Origin: Eledone cirrhosa
Taxonomy: Eukaryota
Direction: 5' to 3'
Assembly: GCA_964016885.1 (NCBI GenBank)
Contig: OZ024746.1
Span: forward strand, 7,874,001 to 7,938,000
Length of the DNA: 64,000 nucleotides
How positions within the stretch are numbered: the first letter of the stretch is position 1; each line of letters starts with the position of its first letter. Position numbers and translations under genes: made by a program. This document shows, piece after piece, positions 42,203-53,825 of the stretch. Below the pieces are notes generated by a model. The model had not been told where the DNA came from. It ran no database searches and saw only the letters and a program-made list of their open reading frames with translations.

Positions 42203-42545
42203 TGTATACTACACTATACACTATACTATATGCTATACTATATGCTATACTATATACTATACTATACACTATGTACTATACACTATACTATATACTATAC
42301 TCTATACTATACACTATACTATACTATATACTATACACTATACTATACACTATACTATACACTATACTATACACTATACTATACACTATACTATACACTA
42401 TATACTATATACTATAAACTATACTATACACTATATACTATACACTATACTATACACTATACTATACACTATACACTATACTATACACTATAGTATATAC
42501 TATAGTATATACTATAGTGTATAGTATAGTGTATAGTATAGTATT
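42203..42545. repeat. (TATACTATACAC)n array, reverse complement of the 41270-41404 type repeat
   Basis: Directly visible; ends in a local palindrome near 42455-42545. Confidence 0.9.
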
Positions 42546-42859
42546 TACAAATATAAATATACATATGTGCACACACTCACATACTTGTATATATGTAAAT
42601 ATTAGTGCTGGTGCCACAACAACAAAAAGCACCCAGTCCACCATGTAAGGTGGTTGTACTGGTGCCACAACAAAAAGCACCCAGTCCACCATGTAAGTTG
42701 GTGATATATATATAGTCTAGTTATTAAAAGCTATAGGAAATATATTTTCCATAATCTTGGTTGCTCACAATTAATCACTCAATAAGATATAGTGTGAACG
42801 TATAAGCAAGCTAACTATGCTCAGAGTGCTAACAAAATGTATATTTGGATATATATATA

Positions 42860-43219
42860 CTAGCCTTGCTGCGTTTCACACATTTTTTTTGTAAGAAAAT
42901 GATCAGTGATATAATTTATGGAGAAAAACTCCATTAGGGTGTCTTAATATTATTGAAATTTACTGAAATCTTGTGAATAGGCATCATATCTTGTCATTTA
43001 CCTATGGTTTAAATTTCATATAAATCGAAGGGAAAAAGTTTTCAGTGGGATGTTTGTGCTCCCCCGGGGCACCCTTTGATTAAAATGAAATATACTTATC
43101 CAAGTACCCTGGGTAATGTAGTTTCAGAATATATATGGTTATGGAGGTCTATCTCCAAAACCACAGGAGGAGTTCATGAACAAACAAACAGACAGGATCT
43201 ACAACCTTATATATTTAGA
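42860..43219 (-). mobile_element. Non-autonomous Helitron (internally deleted copy of 62685-63301)
   Basis: Minus strand A|TCTAAATATATAAG...(GTTT/CTGT)...GCAGCAAGGCTAG|T; high similarity to the 62685 copy (shared pseudo-ORF IKxKYTYPSTLGNVVSEYIWLW). Confidence 0.8.
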
Positions 43220-43557
43220 TGTGTGTGTGTGTGTATTTACACTGCTTTATTTATTCTTTTTCTTTATTATGTACCATTTAAGACTTCGTTACAGACTTCG
43301 TTGTATCTTTAAAAGGTCATGTATGTCCTGTATACATTTTCATTTCATGCCAGAAATGTTAGTATAGGTGACCAGTTCATAAATTTATCAAATTTATCAG
43401 AAAAGCCTTTGCTATGATTGTATATTGCTAGTAAAATAGACTAAATCAAAAGTCAATTTAACAGATTATGTTGTTGGGAATAATCAATGAGATTTTATCA
43501 TGACAGTTTTTTTAGTTTCAAGCCTGCCATATATATATATATATCAGTTTTAAACTG

Positions 43558-43650
43558 GTTAGAACATTACACAACAGAGTACTTGATGCCTGGGGCAGTA
43601 GAGCATGGTTATATTAGAAAGAGTCGGGGCCACGACTCTTTCTAATATAC
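43558..43650 (-). mobile_element. Short fold-back Penelope-like terminal remnant
   Basis: 40-bp near-perfect palindrome TATATTAGAAAGAGTCG-G-GGCC-A-CGACTCTTTCTAATATA, adjacent GAGTACTTGATGC motif variant, next to (TA)n. Confidence 0.5.
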
Positions 43651-43705
<55 letters not shown>

Positions 43706-43976
43706 TAAAGAATAATCACTTACACTACACACACACACACACACATATATATATGTATATTATTATTATTATTATTTAATAACTTGCTTCGAAGTTATTG
43801 TGACAATATAGGAAAACAAAGATATCTCCATGCGAATGGTGTGATGTGTATGAGTGTGGGCATCTATATATACTTCGTTTTTGAATTTGTTTTGCAAGAT
43901 TTCTTATCTGAAAATGTGTGTTGAAACAGATATTGTTATACTTTGGGAGGGTCATGTTGCCAATAAAAACACACGC

Positions 43977-45515
43977 ACCTTCAATTTATTATAATACTGT
44001 TTCAACAACGGTGCTACTCCAGAGCAGTGGAAAACTGCCAGTGTCATTCCCCTGTTCAAAAATGGTGACCGCATGTCACATGTCAACTATCGTCCAGTCG
44101 GTCTTACTAGCTGTATTGCCAAACTGATGGAATCCTGTGTCAGAGAAACACTTTGGAACTTCTGGAGCTCTCACAGCCTCATCTGGCCCTCGCAGTTTGG
44201 ATTTATCCCTAACTCCAGCTGCTGTGATCAGCTTATCGAGTTCCTTGAAGACATTACCCGGATCACTGATAGCAGCTCATGGGTGGATGTTGTTTACCTT
44301 GACTTCGTTAAGGCTTTTAATTCTGTGTCACACAAAAGACTTATGGCAAAACTCTCTGCAATGGGTGTGAGGGATGATCTTTTTAACTGGTTGAAATCCT
44401 TCATTCTCAGTCGAAAAGAGGTAGTCACGGTTCTAGGACAGTATTCTTCACCATATGAGATGTCATCTGGTGTACCACAGAGATCTGTTCTTGGTCCCCT
44501 TTTGTTTGTGGCATATATTAATGACATAGATGCCAACTTAAAGAATGCTACGGGACTGAAATATGTAGATGACATCAAGCTGTACCTTGAAATTAAAAGG
44601 ACTGATTATGAAATCTACAACTCTTTCCTACAATCAGACCTGGACACAATGCAGCAATGGATCACAGACTGGCAACTGAAGCTGGCTGTGGACAAGTGTA
44701 CCACCATGCATTTTGGGAGGAAAATTCCAGCGTCCACAACACTGATATCAAGAAGTCCTCTTGTGAATGTGACCTGGGCATTACTGTCAGCAGCGATTTG
44801 CGTTGGACAAAGCATGTCTCTAAGATTGTCAAGAAGGCTGAGGGTGTCTTGGCATCACTCAGCAAAACCTTTGTTAGCCGCTCTCCAGCAATCTATTTAA
44901 AGCTGTATACAGCTATGGTACGACTACACTTGGAATTCGCATCATCAGTCTGGAACCCCTATCTTGCTTAGAACATTGACCTCCTGGAAACTGTTCAGAG
45001 ACGTGCAACCAAGCGCATACACTCCATCAAACACCTACCATACTCTGAACGCCTTGCTTCCCTGGGCATGGATTCATTGAGGCTCCGACATCTGGCAATG
45101 GACTTGGTAAACACCCACAAAGTTATTAACCATCTCGCCAACAACAACTCTGAGCACCTTTTTGATCTCCATGTGTCTAACACATGTGGACATGCTTACA
45201 AAATCAGAAAACAGCACAGCTCCCATGAATTTCGGAAACATTTTTTCACGCTCAGAGTTGCTGAAGCATGGAACAAACTGCCTGTGTCAGTTGTTAGCTG
45301 CCAAGACACTGCATCCTTTAAAACCCTCATGCTTCCCGAAATTCGCCAAAACTACACCTGGTGTACCCCTTCCATACACATGCACACATGTGTATATCAT
45401 GACTCATACACTGTTCATTTTCCTGACGTTTGTACATTACCCTATGTACTATACATACACTTTTTGATGAGTTGTAGTGCACCTGAGCACTGTACACAAT
45501 ATTTCATTATTATTA
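43977..45515 (+). mobile_element. 5'-truncated CR1-clade LINE, reverse transcriptase pseudo-ORF with (ATT)n tail
   Basis: ORFs 44073-44900, 44657-44971 and 45068- contain YRPVGLTS, QFGF, YLDFVKAFNSV, GVPQRSVLGPLLF, YVDD, W.LKL..DKC, DLGI, VWNPY, VQRRATK and FFTLRV..WNKLP, with frameshifts and a stop. Confidence 0.92.
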
Positions 45516-45520
45516 TATAT

Positions 45521-46054
45521 ATTCTCAGCCCCACACTCATCGTCACAGTCTCCACCGCCTGCATCAAATCCGCTGTCTCCTTCACTGAGTTTGTTACCAG
45601 AACCATGTCGTTGGCAAATTCAGCATCCGATATCTTTTCACCTCAACTCTCCTGCTCTGAGCTGGTATTACAGTAAAGCCAGAGTCCTGGTGTTTCTCCA
45701 GCGCAAGGCACATACAATAGTCCACTGTGATGATAAAACATTGATCAGTCTACACTGAGGATGAAGAACTCAGAAGTGTACAGGAGCCTCCCAAAAGTCA
45801 GCTCGAAAGTGACACAGAGGAGACAGAGGTTAGTTGGACATGCTCACCGACATCCAGAGTTGACACTGCACTCAGTGCTCCTGTGGGAGCCCCTGCGGGG
45901 ACACACTGAAAGAGGAAGACCGAGGTTAACGTATGTTGATGCCCTAAGGACAGACACTGGTCTCTTGGGGACGCAAGACATGGCAGCAATAATGAGGGAC
46001 AGAGACCGCTGGAGAGAACTCGTCCATGGATCTCGGGAATTTTACCCGCCCTAG
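45521..46054 (+). mobile_element. RTE-clade LINE with inverted 5' segment
   Basis: 45741-46054(+) is the C-terminus [44 protein letters not shown]. 45740-45521(-) is RT core FIITVDYCM..GFTVIPAQSRR / ISDAEFANDMVL..VGL. Confidence 0.85.
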
Positions 46055-46087
46055 ATATATATATATATATATATATACACATACAAA

Positions 46088-46125
46088 CGAGGGGTTGCTG
46101 AAAAGTTCCTGGCTTTTAGGGTATC
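46088..46125 (+). mobile_element. Possible mariner-like TIR remnant
   Basis: CGAGGGGTTGCTGAAAAGTTCCTGGC resembles mariner-type ends; no partner TIR or transposase found. Confidence 0.3.
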
Positions 46126-46507
46126 ATGCAATGTGGCATGTGAAGAATTAAAGTTGTTCAATTGCCAAATGTTAAAAAGAATCATTTTTATTGGTGTGTA
46201 TTTATAAAGCAGAATGTTTGTGAACAAAAATCCTTTCTGGATGTAGTTAAGCCAGTCAATACACCTTCACTGCAGTTGTTGAAACAGATGTGCAACAAAC
46301 TTATCAATGACATGACTCACTCATCAGCTTTCACTAGTTTTTGTTTGGTTGTTTTGGTTGTTGTTTTATTTGGGGAGGGGGGGTGAATGGAGGGGGGTAT
46401 GGTGATGATTGTATGTTGCAATGTCAACATTTAGTGTTTGGAATCCTTTTTTTTTAAATTTCCTTGGCACCTTTTTATGATTTACGTACAGGTCAGTGTT
46501 CTCTCTT

Positions 46508-46557
<50 letters not shown>

Positions 46558-47024
46558 TAGACATTCCAAACACCTATAAATAACATTCCTCCAAACCTTT
46601 GTCATTGATATTATTTCTCTGTACAATTGGCTGAAGAATATGTTTCATATGTTAATAATTTCATAACTGGAATACAAACTTATTGAGACTGACAAGAAGA
46701 ATAAAAGCCTGAGAGTAAGAGAGTGAGAGAATCATTAATGCTCTCGTACATGGCCTCAGATTTTGGGAGTGGGTCAGTCATAGTTGAGTCATACTTTATA
46801 TTTTTATTGATCCTGGAGAGCCAAAATACAAAGTTGAGCTCATTGGAAAGATGGGGTGATAATCACCATCTCACCGATGCTAGAGTGGAAGGTGGACATT
46901 AAACAGCGATGATGATGATGAATCACTAATATATTTAGCATTATTTATGAGTGGAGGGATTACCTTATTCATTGGGGCTTAACTAGACATCTTACAAGCA
47001 GACAACACTGATTATGAACCAGTT

Positions 47025-47450
47025 GTGGTCATCATCATCATCATCATCATTATCATCATCATCATCACCACCATCATTATCATCACCATCATCATTATCA
47101 TCATCATCATCATAATCACCACCACCACCATCATTATCATCATCATCCCCATCGTCATCCCCATCGTCATCGTCATCATCATCATCACCATCATCATCTC
47201 CATCACCACCACCACCACCATCACCACCACCACCACCACCACCATCATCATCATCACTATCATCATCACCATCATCATCATCATCATCATAATTATCATC
47301 ACCATCATCACCACCACCATCATCATCTTCATCATCATTACCATCATCACCATCATCACCATCACCATCATCATCTTCATCCCCATCAACATCATCCTCA
47401 TCCCCATCACCAACATCATCCCCATCAACATCATCATCATCCTCGTCAAT
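47025..47450. repeat. Expanded (CAT/CAC)n tract, the (GAT)n tail of the adjacent RTE end
   Basis: Directly visible; abuts TTTTTACGTC (minus-strand tail). Confidence 0.9.
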
Positions 47451-47635
47451 GTTTTTACGTCTGTTTTTCCTTGCATGTGTTGGACAAGCCCTTAGCATCT
47501 CTCCACGTGTTGTGATCCTTTGTCATCTGTGTCAGCGACTTGACATCAGTTCTCACCCCTCTGCCCAAATCTTCCTTGGCCTTCCTCTACTGCAACTTCC
47601 TACCACTGGGATTTCCTGCCATTTCTTCACACATC
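47450..47635 (-). mobile_element. RTE LINE 3' terminal fragment
   Basis: Minus strand CVKKWQEIPVVGSCSRGRPRKIWAEG; same family as 8100-8292. Confidence 0.7.
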
Positions 47636-47652
47636 AATCACCATCAGTAATA

Positions 47653-48340
47653 ATTGTTTCTACTTTTAGCACAAGGCGAGCAATTAGCCCAGTGTATTAC
47701 TGCTACTTTATTTTATCGACCCCGTAAGGATGAAAGGCAAAGTTAACCTCGGCGTAGTTTGAACTCAGACCACAAAGGGCCGTAACTCTGTGCTGCAAAG
47801 CATGGCGTCCGACCCTCTACCGATACTGCCAATCCACCGCCCTAACATGGCGTCCGACCCTCTACCGATACTGCCAATCCACCACCCTAACATGGCGTCC
47901 GACCCTCTACCGATACTGCCAATCCACCGCCCTAACATGGCGTCCGACCCTCTACCGATACTGCCAATCCACCACCCTAACATGGCGTCCGACCCTCTAC
48001 CGATACTGCCAATCCACCACCCTAACATGGCGTCCGACCCTCTACCGATACTGCCAATCCACCGCCCTAACATGGCGTCCGACCCTCTACCGATACTGCC
48101 AATCCACCACCCTAACATGGCGTCCGACCCTCTACCGATACTGCCAATCCACCACCCTAACATGGCGTCCGACCCTCTACCGATACTGCCAATCCACCGC
48201 CCTAACATGGCGTCCGACCCTCTACCGATACTGCCAATCCACCACCCTAACATGGCGTCCGACCCTCTACCGATACTGCCAATCCACCACCCTAACATGG
48301 CGTCCGACCCTCTACCGATATTGCCAATCCACCACCCTAA
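47653..48340 (-). mobile_element. tRNA-derived SINE whose 5' 45 bp are tandemly amplified 12x, with perfect TSD
   Basis: B-box GAGTTCAAAC on the minus strand near 47756-47767; 45-bp unit x12 at 47801-48340; TSD (AA)TCACCATCAGTAATA at 47636-47652 and 48339-48355. Confidence 0.92.
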
Positions 48341-48979
48341 TCACCATCAGTAATAGTAAAGCAATAAATCAAATGTATTGTTTGACATTTATTTAAACAT
48401 ATTCTGTTTATATTGTTTACTAAAGTAATGTCATACAGAGGATATTTTATATATTATTTATAAATAATTTCTCATGTGACAAGAAGGAGGTATGCAAGAA
48501 GCTGGTGAATCTCTCAAAAAATTGTTTAAATGTTATATTGGAGGGGAACTATTATCATCAAAGATATTCCAACCGTGACCATCCTGTCCTATGCTTAGAT
48601 ATTGTATATAAAAACCACAGTGTATTCCTCCTTCTATAAGAGATAGAGCATATTTTAAAAGAGATTTTGTTGCTATTTTTAGCATGTTGAATTATCATAT
48701 TGAAACTCTCTTCTTCGCTCAACTTACAGTTGTTAACATACAGAAAACTTTTAACACAATTCTACATATTGAGTTGAATTCTTCATATTAAGGACCGTTA
48801 GGATTTTGCCAATACTAAACTTCAGGTGCTCTAATAGTTGCTAACTTTACTTTTTTTTCCAAGTATGCACTCGTTAGATACCTGATAGTTCAAAGTAGCA
48901 AAACTTGGATGAGATTGATTTTATTTTGTGTGTTTATCTTAACCTATATCATTGATTGAATAAATTGCTTTGGGTTTAA

Positions 48980-49377
48980 CCCTTTAGCATTTACATTATT
49001 CTATATGGCAGTATTGGTAGAGGGTCGGATGCCATGCTTTGACACATTGAGTTACGGCCCTTGCTGTTCTGAGTTCAAATCCCGGCGAGGTTAACTTTGC
49101 CTTTCATCCTTACGGGGTCGATAAAAGTACCAGTAATACACTGGATAATTGCTAGCCTTGTGCCTAATGTAGAAACAATTATTCTATATTTAATTTGTAC
49201 TTTCTCGGTAAAGGCTTTATCTAACATAATTATCTCACATAATATTGAATCCATGAGATTTTGATGTTATATATTTTGAGAACAATACCTTAATGTAGGT
49301 ATGACTGGTCAGTTACAGCCAGTTTGAAAGAGGTGAGAGAGTTCTGGCCGGATACGGCCGGTTTAAATGCTAAAGGG
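48980..49377 (+). mobile_element. piggyBac-type MITE (TTAA TSD, 14-bp TIR CCCTTTAGCATTTA)
   Basis: TTAA at 48976-48979 and 49378-49381; TIRs CCCTTTAGCATTTA / TAAATGCTAAAGGG. Confidence 0.88.
49007..49177 (+). mobile_element. tRNA-derived SINE nested in the MITE
   Basis: GGCAGTATTGG A-box, GAGTTCAAATCC B-box; 12-bp TSD ATTATTCTATAT at 48995-49006 and 49178-49189. Confidence 0.9.
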
Positions 49378-49694
49378 TTAAAACTGTGTCTCATTTTCAC
49401 TAAGAAACCCGAACAGACTTTTTTACCAACCCAATATTGTAGCATGCCAAGCAACAGGAAAGTAGTAGTAGTTTTAGTTGATGTTGTTTAGCCCCAGGCC
49501 ACTCTCGATCTAACAGATGTATGATCAACTGTACTCCATCCATGACCATCCTGTAACTATATTAAAGTGTGATTTCAGAAAGATTAGTAGTGGTGGTAGT
49601 GGTGGTAGTGGGTGTGGTACAAGGTGACACATGACAGCTATTTGTGGTGATGTAATAAAGGTGTATAACAATATATGTATATATATCCCACACC

Positions 49695-49950
49695 CTCCCA
49701 CTGCAAAGTGGCCGTGGAGGTGCCACGGCAAAAAGCACCCAGCCCACACTGTAAAGTGGACGTGTAGGCGCCACGGAAAAAAAAACACTCTGCACTCACT
49801 GTAAATGAGGTTGGTGTTAGGAAGGGCATCCAGCTGTAGAAATCAAGCTAGAATCAGTTCCCGTATGAGCAAGACAAGGTCAGCCGACCGGACACTGCCC
49901 ACAGCAGGAAGAACGGACATAAAATGGTGATGATGATGTTGATGATGATA
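49695..49950 (+). mobile_element. SINE 3' half with internal duplication and (GAT)n tail
   Basis: Similar to 9060-9243 (CACTCACTGTAAATGAGGTTGGTGTTAGGAA..GGCATCCAGCTGTAGAAATCAAGC). Confidence 0.75.
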
Positions 49951-49974
49951 TATATATATATATATATATATATA

Positions 49975-50109
49975 AGTAGAAGGGGTATTTAATTTGTTGG
50001 AAATCCGACAAATATAAATATAAATGTTTATAACTGATTTAGAGCACTCAACAAGTTCCTGGAGTAAATATTCAATGATATTAAATAAATGGAAACTATA
50101 TTTATAAAA

Positions 50110-50112
<3 letters not shown>
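49975..50112. mobile_element. (TA)n-embedded repeat fragment, second copy at 56150-56290; possible Penelope-like terminus
   Basis: Both copies share TTTATAACTGAT..AGCACTCAACA..GGAGTA..GATATTAAA.AAATGGAAACTATATTTATAAAACCATAT. Confidence 0.55.
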
Positions 50113-50143
<31 letters not shown>

Positions 50144-50146
<3 letters not shown>

Positions 50147-50342
50147 TAGTATCACAACAGTTAGTTCACCTTACCGAGAACAATTGTTTCAACTTATGCA
50201 GATCCTCAGCTCAGACTCACATAAGGTGAAACAATTGTTCTCGGTATGGTGAACTAACTGTTGTCTTACTACTTCTACCAAACTCGTCCCATGGACTGAG
50301 TACTCTACTGCTACAGATATTACCTTCCTGTGTTCTAATTTT
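50144..50342 (+). mobile_element. Fold-back Penelope-like terminal element with 3' half of a minimal hammerhead
   Basis: ~55-bp inverted arms (50144-50198 / 50220-50274); GAAAC-AATT-GTT at 50228-50239; downstream ACTGAGTACT; flanked by (TA)n. Confidence 0.65.
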
Positions 50343-50424
50343 ATATATATATAGATAGATATATTTCTTTATTAGCCACAGGGGCACAAAAGAAGGGGAC
50401 TAGATAGATAGATAGATAGATATA

Positions 50425-50548
50425 CAGTGAAATTATAACGGAATTCACGGGGAATTGGTTGTAACAAAAAATTCTTTATAAGGAGATTGACCTAACGCAT
50501 CGAGCGTGTGGTCGGGATTGAAATAATTTTGTTATAATGGAATTTTAC

Positions 50549-50551
<3 letters not shown>
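50425..50551. mobile_element. Possible Tc1/pogo-type MITE remnant
   Basis: TA|CAG...TTATAAC ... GTTATAA...CTG|TA with degenerate TIRs. Confidence 0.35.
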
Positions 50552-50602
<51 letters not shown>

Positions 50603-51084
50603 ATATATATCCAACAAATATCTGTTGTTAGGGCTTCTTGAGATATTTACAAACAACTCCAGAAGATCTTATCTATGAGCGCCACTGTAGCAGGACTACA
50701 ACAGACACAATGCAGCAGACATGTTGTTGTTAGACTGTTAAACCAGTTAACAAAGGATCTACATGAAATATATGGAATAAATATAATATAATAAAAGAAT
50801 ATTTCAAAGCAACAAGAAAACCAAGATGGAGGTTGTCTTGCATGAATAGAAGTCAGAAATGTGTGCAGATGTACTTTAGTAGCAGTTAAAAAGATAAGTA
50901 ACAGTAAACAGTAGAAATATTGTGAGACCAACACACTAGTTAGTAAAAGGTATACTAGAAAAATAACCATCCTATAGCAACAATGAGTGAGAATAGGTGG
51001 GGGGGGGGGGGGGACTTGCATGACCAGAAGCCAGAAATATTTGTATATTCACTTATTAAAATGTTTAAAGTCTGTATCAAGCCC

Positions 51085-51345
51085 GGGGATTAACTTGGCT
51101 GGTACTAATCCCAGTTTCTTTGGTGTTAAATGACTGAGAGTACAAGACTCCATCCTGGACATCATACCAGTTCATCAAAGGGTTAAACCCCCAGCTACTG
51201 CTGGTACTCATTTTCAGCTGATTATATGGGAGCAGCATGAAATAAAGTGTTCTGCTCCAGGATACAACACACAGCCCAGCCCAGGAATCAAACCTACAAC
51301 GCTATGATTGCAAGTCCAACACCCTAACCACACAGCCATGCACCT
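51085..51345 (-). mobile_element. tRNA-derived SINE
   Basis: Minus strand ATGGCTGTGTGGTTAGGG A-box, GGTTTGATTCC B-box, CCTGGAGCAGAACACTTTATTTC core. Confidence 0.75.
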
Positions 51346-51633
51346 TCGTGTGTACTTTAGTAGCAGCTAAAAGAATGAGTAACCATTAATTGAAGACTAT
51401 CAACGATTTAGAAGGATTGTTGCTGGAAGTAATAGATAAGTTATGTTAGTGAAATAATTTGTACTGAGAGAAAACAGTGAAAAGAATGTATAAGAGGATG
51501 GAAGAAGTAGGGAATATTGTTACTCCTAGATAGTAAGAAACAGTTTGGCCATGAGCCAAACATAGAGAGAGGGGAGAAGGAAGAGAGAGAGAGATGTAAA
51601 GCTCAGTGGTGAAAACCTTTTCAATTTAGAGTA

Positions 51634-51910
51634 GTATGGCTTAGTGGCTAGGGTATTCAGTTCACAATTGTAAGATTGTGAGTTCGATTACTGGTAGTAT
51701 GTTGTGTCCTTAAGCAAGACACTTTATTTCACATTGCTCCCAGTCTACTAAGCTGACAAAAATAAGTTGTACTTGTGATTCAAAGAGCCAGCCTTGTCAC
51801 ATTTGTGTCCTTTTGAGTCTCCCTGAGAACTATGTCAAAAGTACACGTGCCTATGTGTGATTCTCAACCACTTGCACGTTAAATTTAAGAGCAGATTGTT
51901 CCATTGTTCA
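51634..51910 (+). mobile_element. tRNA-derived SINE
   Basis: TGGCTTAGTGG A-box, GAGTTCGATT B-box, CCTTAAGCAAGACACTTTATTTC core. Confidence 0.8.
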
Positions 51911-51921
51911 ATAATAGTAAT

Positions 51922-52745
51922 AATGAAAATTATTGTGTACAGTTCTCAGGTGTACTACAACTCATAATATGTATAGTACATAGAATAATATACAAATGTC
52001 AGGGAAGTGAATAATGTATGTGTCATGAAATACATGTGTGCATGTGTATGGAGGGGGGGACATCAGGTATAGTGTTGGCGAATCTCAGGAAGCATGGAGG
52101 TTTTAAAGGATGCAGTCTCGCGACAGCTAACAACTGATGCAGGTAGTTTGTTCCATGGAGGTTCTAAAGGATGCAGTGTCTCGACAGCTAACAACTGAGG
52201 CAGGTAGTTTGTTCCATGGAGGTTTTAAAAGATGCAGTGTCTCGACAGCTAACAACTGATGCAGGTAGTTTGTTCCATGGAGGTTTTAAAGGATGCAGTG
52301 TCTCGACAGCTAATAACTGATGCAGGGAGTTTGTTCCATGGAGGTTTTAAAAGATGCAGTGTCTTGACAGCTAACAACTGAGGCAGGTAGTTTGTTCCAT
52401 GGAGGTTTTAAAGGATGCAGTGTCTCGACAGCTAACAACTGATGCAGGTAGTTTGTTCCATGGAGGTTTTAAAAGATGCAGTGTCTCGACAGCTAACAAC
52501 TGATGCAGGTAGTTTGTTCCATGGAGGTTTTAAAGGATGCAGTGTCTCGACAGCTAACAACTGAGGCAGGTAGTTTGTTCCATGGAGGTTTTAAAAGATG
52601 CAGTGTCTCGACAGCTAACAACTGAGGCAGGTAGTTTGTTCCATGCTTCAGCAACTCTGAGCATGAAAAAATGTTTCCAAAAGTCGAGAGCTGTGCTGTT
52701 TTCTGACTTTGTAGGCAGGGCCCACGCGTGTTCAACTGGAACATT
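51922..52745 (-). mobile_element. CR1 3' fragment (same family as 43977-45515) containing a 61-bp x9 tandem amplification
   Basis: KHFFMLRVAEAWNKLPASVVSCRDTASFKTSM; 3' UTR matches 45330-45515; repeat units span 52093-52641. Confidence 0.92.
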
Positions 52746-52784
52746 CATTGTTGAAAACAACAATGACAACAACAACAACAAGAT

Positions 52785-52935
52785 ATAGTGTCTGCGGTGT
52801 TGAGATCTGGGAGGCCACTAATCAAGGGAGTACTCAATACATAGAGAGATGCTGAGTAGGTATAAAGGCAGGTAAAATCCAAACTGTGGCGCCAGCTGAA
52901 ACTACTTGGCGCCACGGTCAGAATTTTACCTATCT
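52785..52935 (-). mobile_element. Short fold-back Penelope-like terminal remnant
   Basis: GAGTACTCAATAC (minus strand GTATTGAGTACTC) plus imperfect inverted repeat GGTAAAAT..TGTGGCGCCA / TGGCGCCACG..ATTTTACC at 52870-52932. Confidence 0.5.
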
Positions 52936-53157
52936 CTATATAGATATATCTACATTAAATAAAGGCTGGGGCTATAAAATTACTGTTTCTCTCCTTCGAG
53001 TTCATCATAGCTGTATATATTAGATGTATGTATATATAAATATAGACATATGTGTATGTATGTATGTGTGTGTATGTGTATTTAATAGACATAGATATAC
53101 ACACAATAGTGCTGAATACATATTTATGTATATTATATGTATGTAGATATAAATATA

Positions 53158-53290
<133 letters not shown>

Positions 53291-53611
53291 GTATTTAATA
53301 CACATTCACACACACAACAGTGCTGAATATGTGTGCATTTGATACACACATACACACACATAATAGTGTTAAACACAAGAAGCATTCTGTAGAAGTGTGT
53401 TGAATGTCGTAATCTGTGTTTACCTTTGGTAACTGAGAGGTTTAATCCTTGCTATGGCTTCATGCAATTTGATTCATACTAACATAACATTTCTCTACCA
53501 ATGATCAAGGTTTTTCTCAGTAGGAGACAAACTGTGTGAAATTTAGATATGAACTAAAATCTCACATTACTATACAAAGATCTATCAATAATTGTGTATG
53601 TAAAGGTGTGG

Positions 53612-53825
53612 TATCATCATCATCACCACTTAATGTCTATTTTCCATGCTAACATGCGTTAGACAGGTTTTCCTATTTGAGACAAGTCATGTCGGGTGAC
53701 CATATCTAGTTCATATAGAACTGTTTCTGGCTGGATGCCTTTCCTAACACCAACCACTTTATAGTGTGGACTGGGTGCCTTTTATTGTGGCACTGTAACG
53801 GCCACTTTACAGTGTGGGCTGGTGT
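53612..53825 (-). mobile_element. SINE 3' half
   Basis: Reverse complement of the AAAAAGCACCCAG..ACTGTAAAGTGGTTGGTGTTAGGAAAGGCATCCAG family with (GAT)n tail. Confidence 0.7.

Noticed and set aside
46992-47498. Poly-Asp/poly-Met/poly-Ile ORFs, and the YI/HT/CV-rich ORFs elsewhere
   Set aside because: They are translations of (CAT)n, (TA)n and (CA)n microsatellites.
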